This document shows, in pieces, positions 31,292-32,000 of a stretch of DNA of 32,000 nt. The notes below the pieces were generated by a model, which worked only from the letters and a program-made list of their open reading frames with translations, made no database searches and had not been told where the DNA came from. The stretch covers positions 780,001-812,000 of the forward strand of contig OY969938.1 of the NCBI GenBank assembly GCA_963704755.1, given 5' to 3'. A program made the position numbers and the translations under genes. Position 1 is the stretch's first letter; each line of letters begins with the position of its first letter. The DNA comes from an uncultured Chloroflexia bacterium (GTDB lineage: Bacteria; Chloroflexota; Anaerolineae; Anaerolineales; Anaerolineaceae).

Positions 31292-32000
31292 ATGCCGTTA
31301 CCCTTAAAGTCAGGGGAAGTGCTGCGCGGCCGCTATAAGGTCGCCCGCATCATTGGGCAAGGTGGGATGGGAAGCATCTACCTTGCTGATGATCTCCGCC
31401 TGGAAGGCCGTCAATGTGCGCTCAAAGAAGTCGAACATGACCGCTCTCTCCCCCCCGAGATCGTCCAGGAAGCCCGCGATCAATTTTTCCGCGAGGCTAC
31501 CGTTCTAGCACGCCTGGACCATCCCAATCTGCCCAAAGTTTCTGACTTTTTCTCGATCAGCACCCGTGATTACCTGGTGATGGATTTCGTTCCTGGCCAC
31601 GACCTGCGCACCTTAATGGTCGAGGCGCGTTCGGCCAACCGTTTCTTGCCGGAAGCGCAGGTGCTCAACTGGGCCGATCAACTGGCCAGCGCGCTGTCTT
31701 ATTTACACAGCCAGGATCCACCGATCCTGCACCGCGATATCAAGCCAAGCAATTTGAAAGTCACCCCGGCCGGGGTGCTGAAACTGGTCGACTTTGGATT
31801 GGTCAAGCTCCTCGCACCCGGTGAAGTCACCATAACCGTCCTGCAAGGCCAGGGAACGGCGTTATACACGCCCCTGGAGCAATATGGTGGCGACAGCGGC
31901 CACACCGACGTACGCAGCGATATATATGCCTTTGGGGCCACGCTGTACCATCTGCTGACCAACGAATCGCCCCCGGACGCACGGGAACGATTCTTGAACC
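31292..32000 (+). CDS. Hanks-type Ser/Thr protein kinase (5' partial, continues past the window end)
   Basis: This was hand-translated and is absent from the track because no stop lies in the window. The sequence is [32 protein letters not shown]...ALKEV...[11 protein letters not shown]...DFGLVK...[10 protein letters not shown]. Confidence 0.85.
   Translation, partial: MPLPLKSGEVLRGRYKVARIIGQGGMGSIYLADDLRLEGRQCALKEVEHDRSLPPEIVQEARDQFFREATVLARLDHPNLPKVSDFFSISTRDYLVMDFVPGHDLRTLMVEARSANRFLPEAQVLNWADQLASALSYLHSQDPPILHRDIKPSNLKVTPAGVLKLVDFGLVKLLAPGEVTITVLQGQGTALYTPLEQYGGDSGHTDVRSDIYAFGATLYHLLTNESPPDARERFLN

Noticed and set aside
1-32000. A search by eye for CRISPR arrays, IS elements or terminal inverted repeats, integrase or recombinase genes, toxin-antitoxin pairs and known defence-system genes.
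   Set aside because: No regularly spaced direct repeats and no transposase- or integrase-like translations were seen. The only STAND NTPase has a transcription-factor output (wHTH-BTAD) rather than an effector domain. Small TA pairs could still be missed without a search tool.

Overview
This is a chromosomal window of moderate GC (about 50-55% by eye) with dense coding. Most genes are housekeeping. From left to right: family-4/5 uracil-DNA glycosylase, TetR regulator, DHA2-type MFS transporter, cyclophilin PPIase, queA, ruvB, upp, moaA, an HExxH membrane protein, tpiA, RNase P RNA (rnpB, type A), a LysE-family exporter, and then an accessory-looking signalling locus at about 10.8-16.7 kb. After that come an aldo/keto reductase, a RelA/SpoT homologue, a YfcE-like phosphoesterase, udk, a DedA-like protein, an M20 peptidase, a DUF62 SAM hydrolase-like protein, a SET-domain protein, tRNA-Thr(CGU), a GT4 glycosyltransferase, a membrane protein, dinB, a carrier protein, an SGNH-like lipoprotein, an FHA-wHTH regulator and a divergent Hanks-type Ser/Thr kinase that runs off the 3' end. 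I found no CRISPR array, rRNA, transposase, integrase or phage genes. The protein set feels Chloroflexota/Anaerolineae-like, but that is an unverified impression. The best candidate for something undescribed is the minus-strand locus at about 10.9-13.5 kb. It holds a 42-codon hydrophobic peptide ORF missing from the supplied track, a DUF5317-like 5-TM protein, an NHLP/LigA-clan small protein and a GAF+HD-GYP phosphodiesterase. Directly upstream sits a STAND-ATPase/TPR/SARP(BTAD) regulator of about 1080 aa. Other observations: (i) at least six ORF breaks sit on short homopolymer runs, so this assembly probably carries indel errors, or else the genome has many pseudogenes; (ii) a perfect 58-bp palindrome sequesters the MFS ribosome-binding site; (iii) an intergenic hairpin repeat family of three members shares a conserved apex. 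All coordinates and translations beyond the ORF track were derived by hand. No database search was run.
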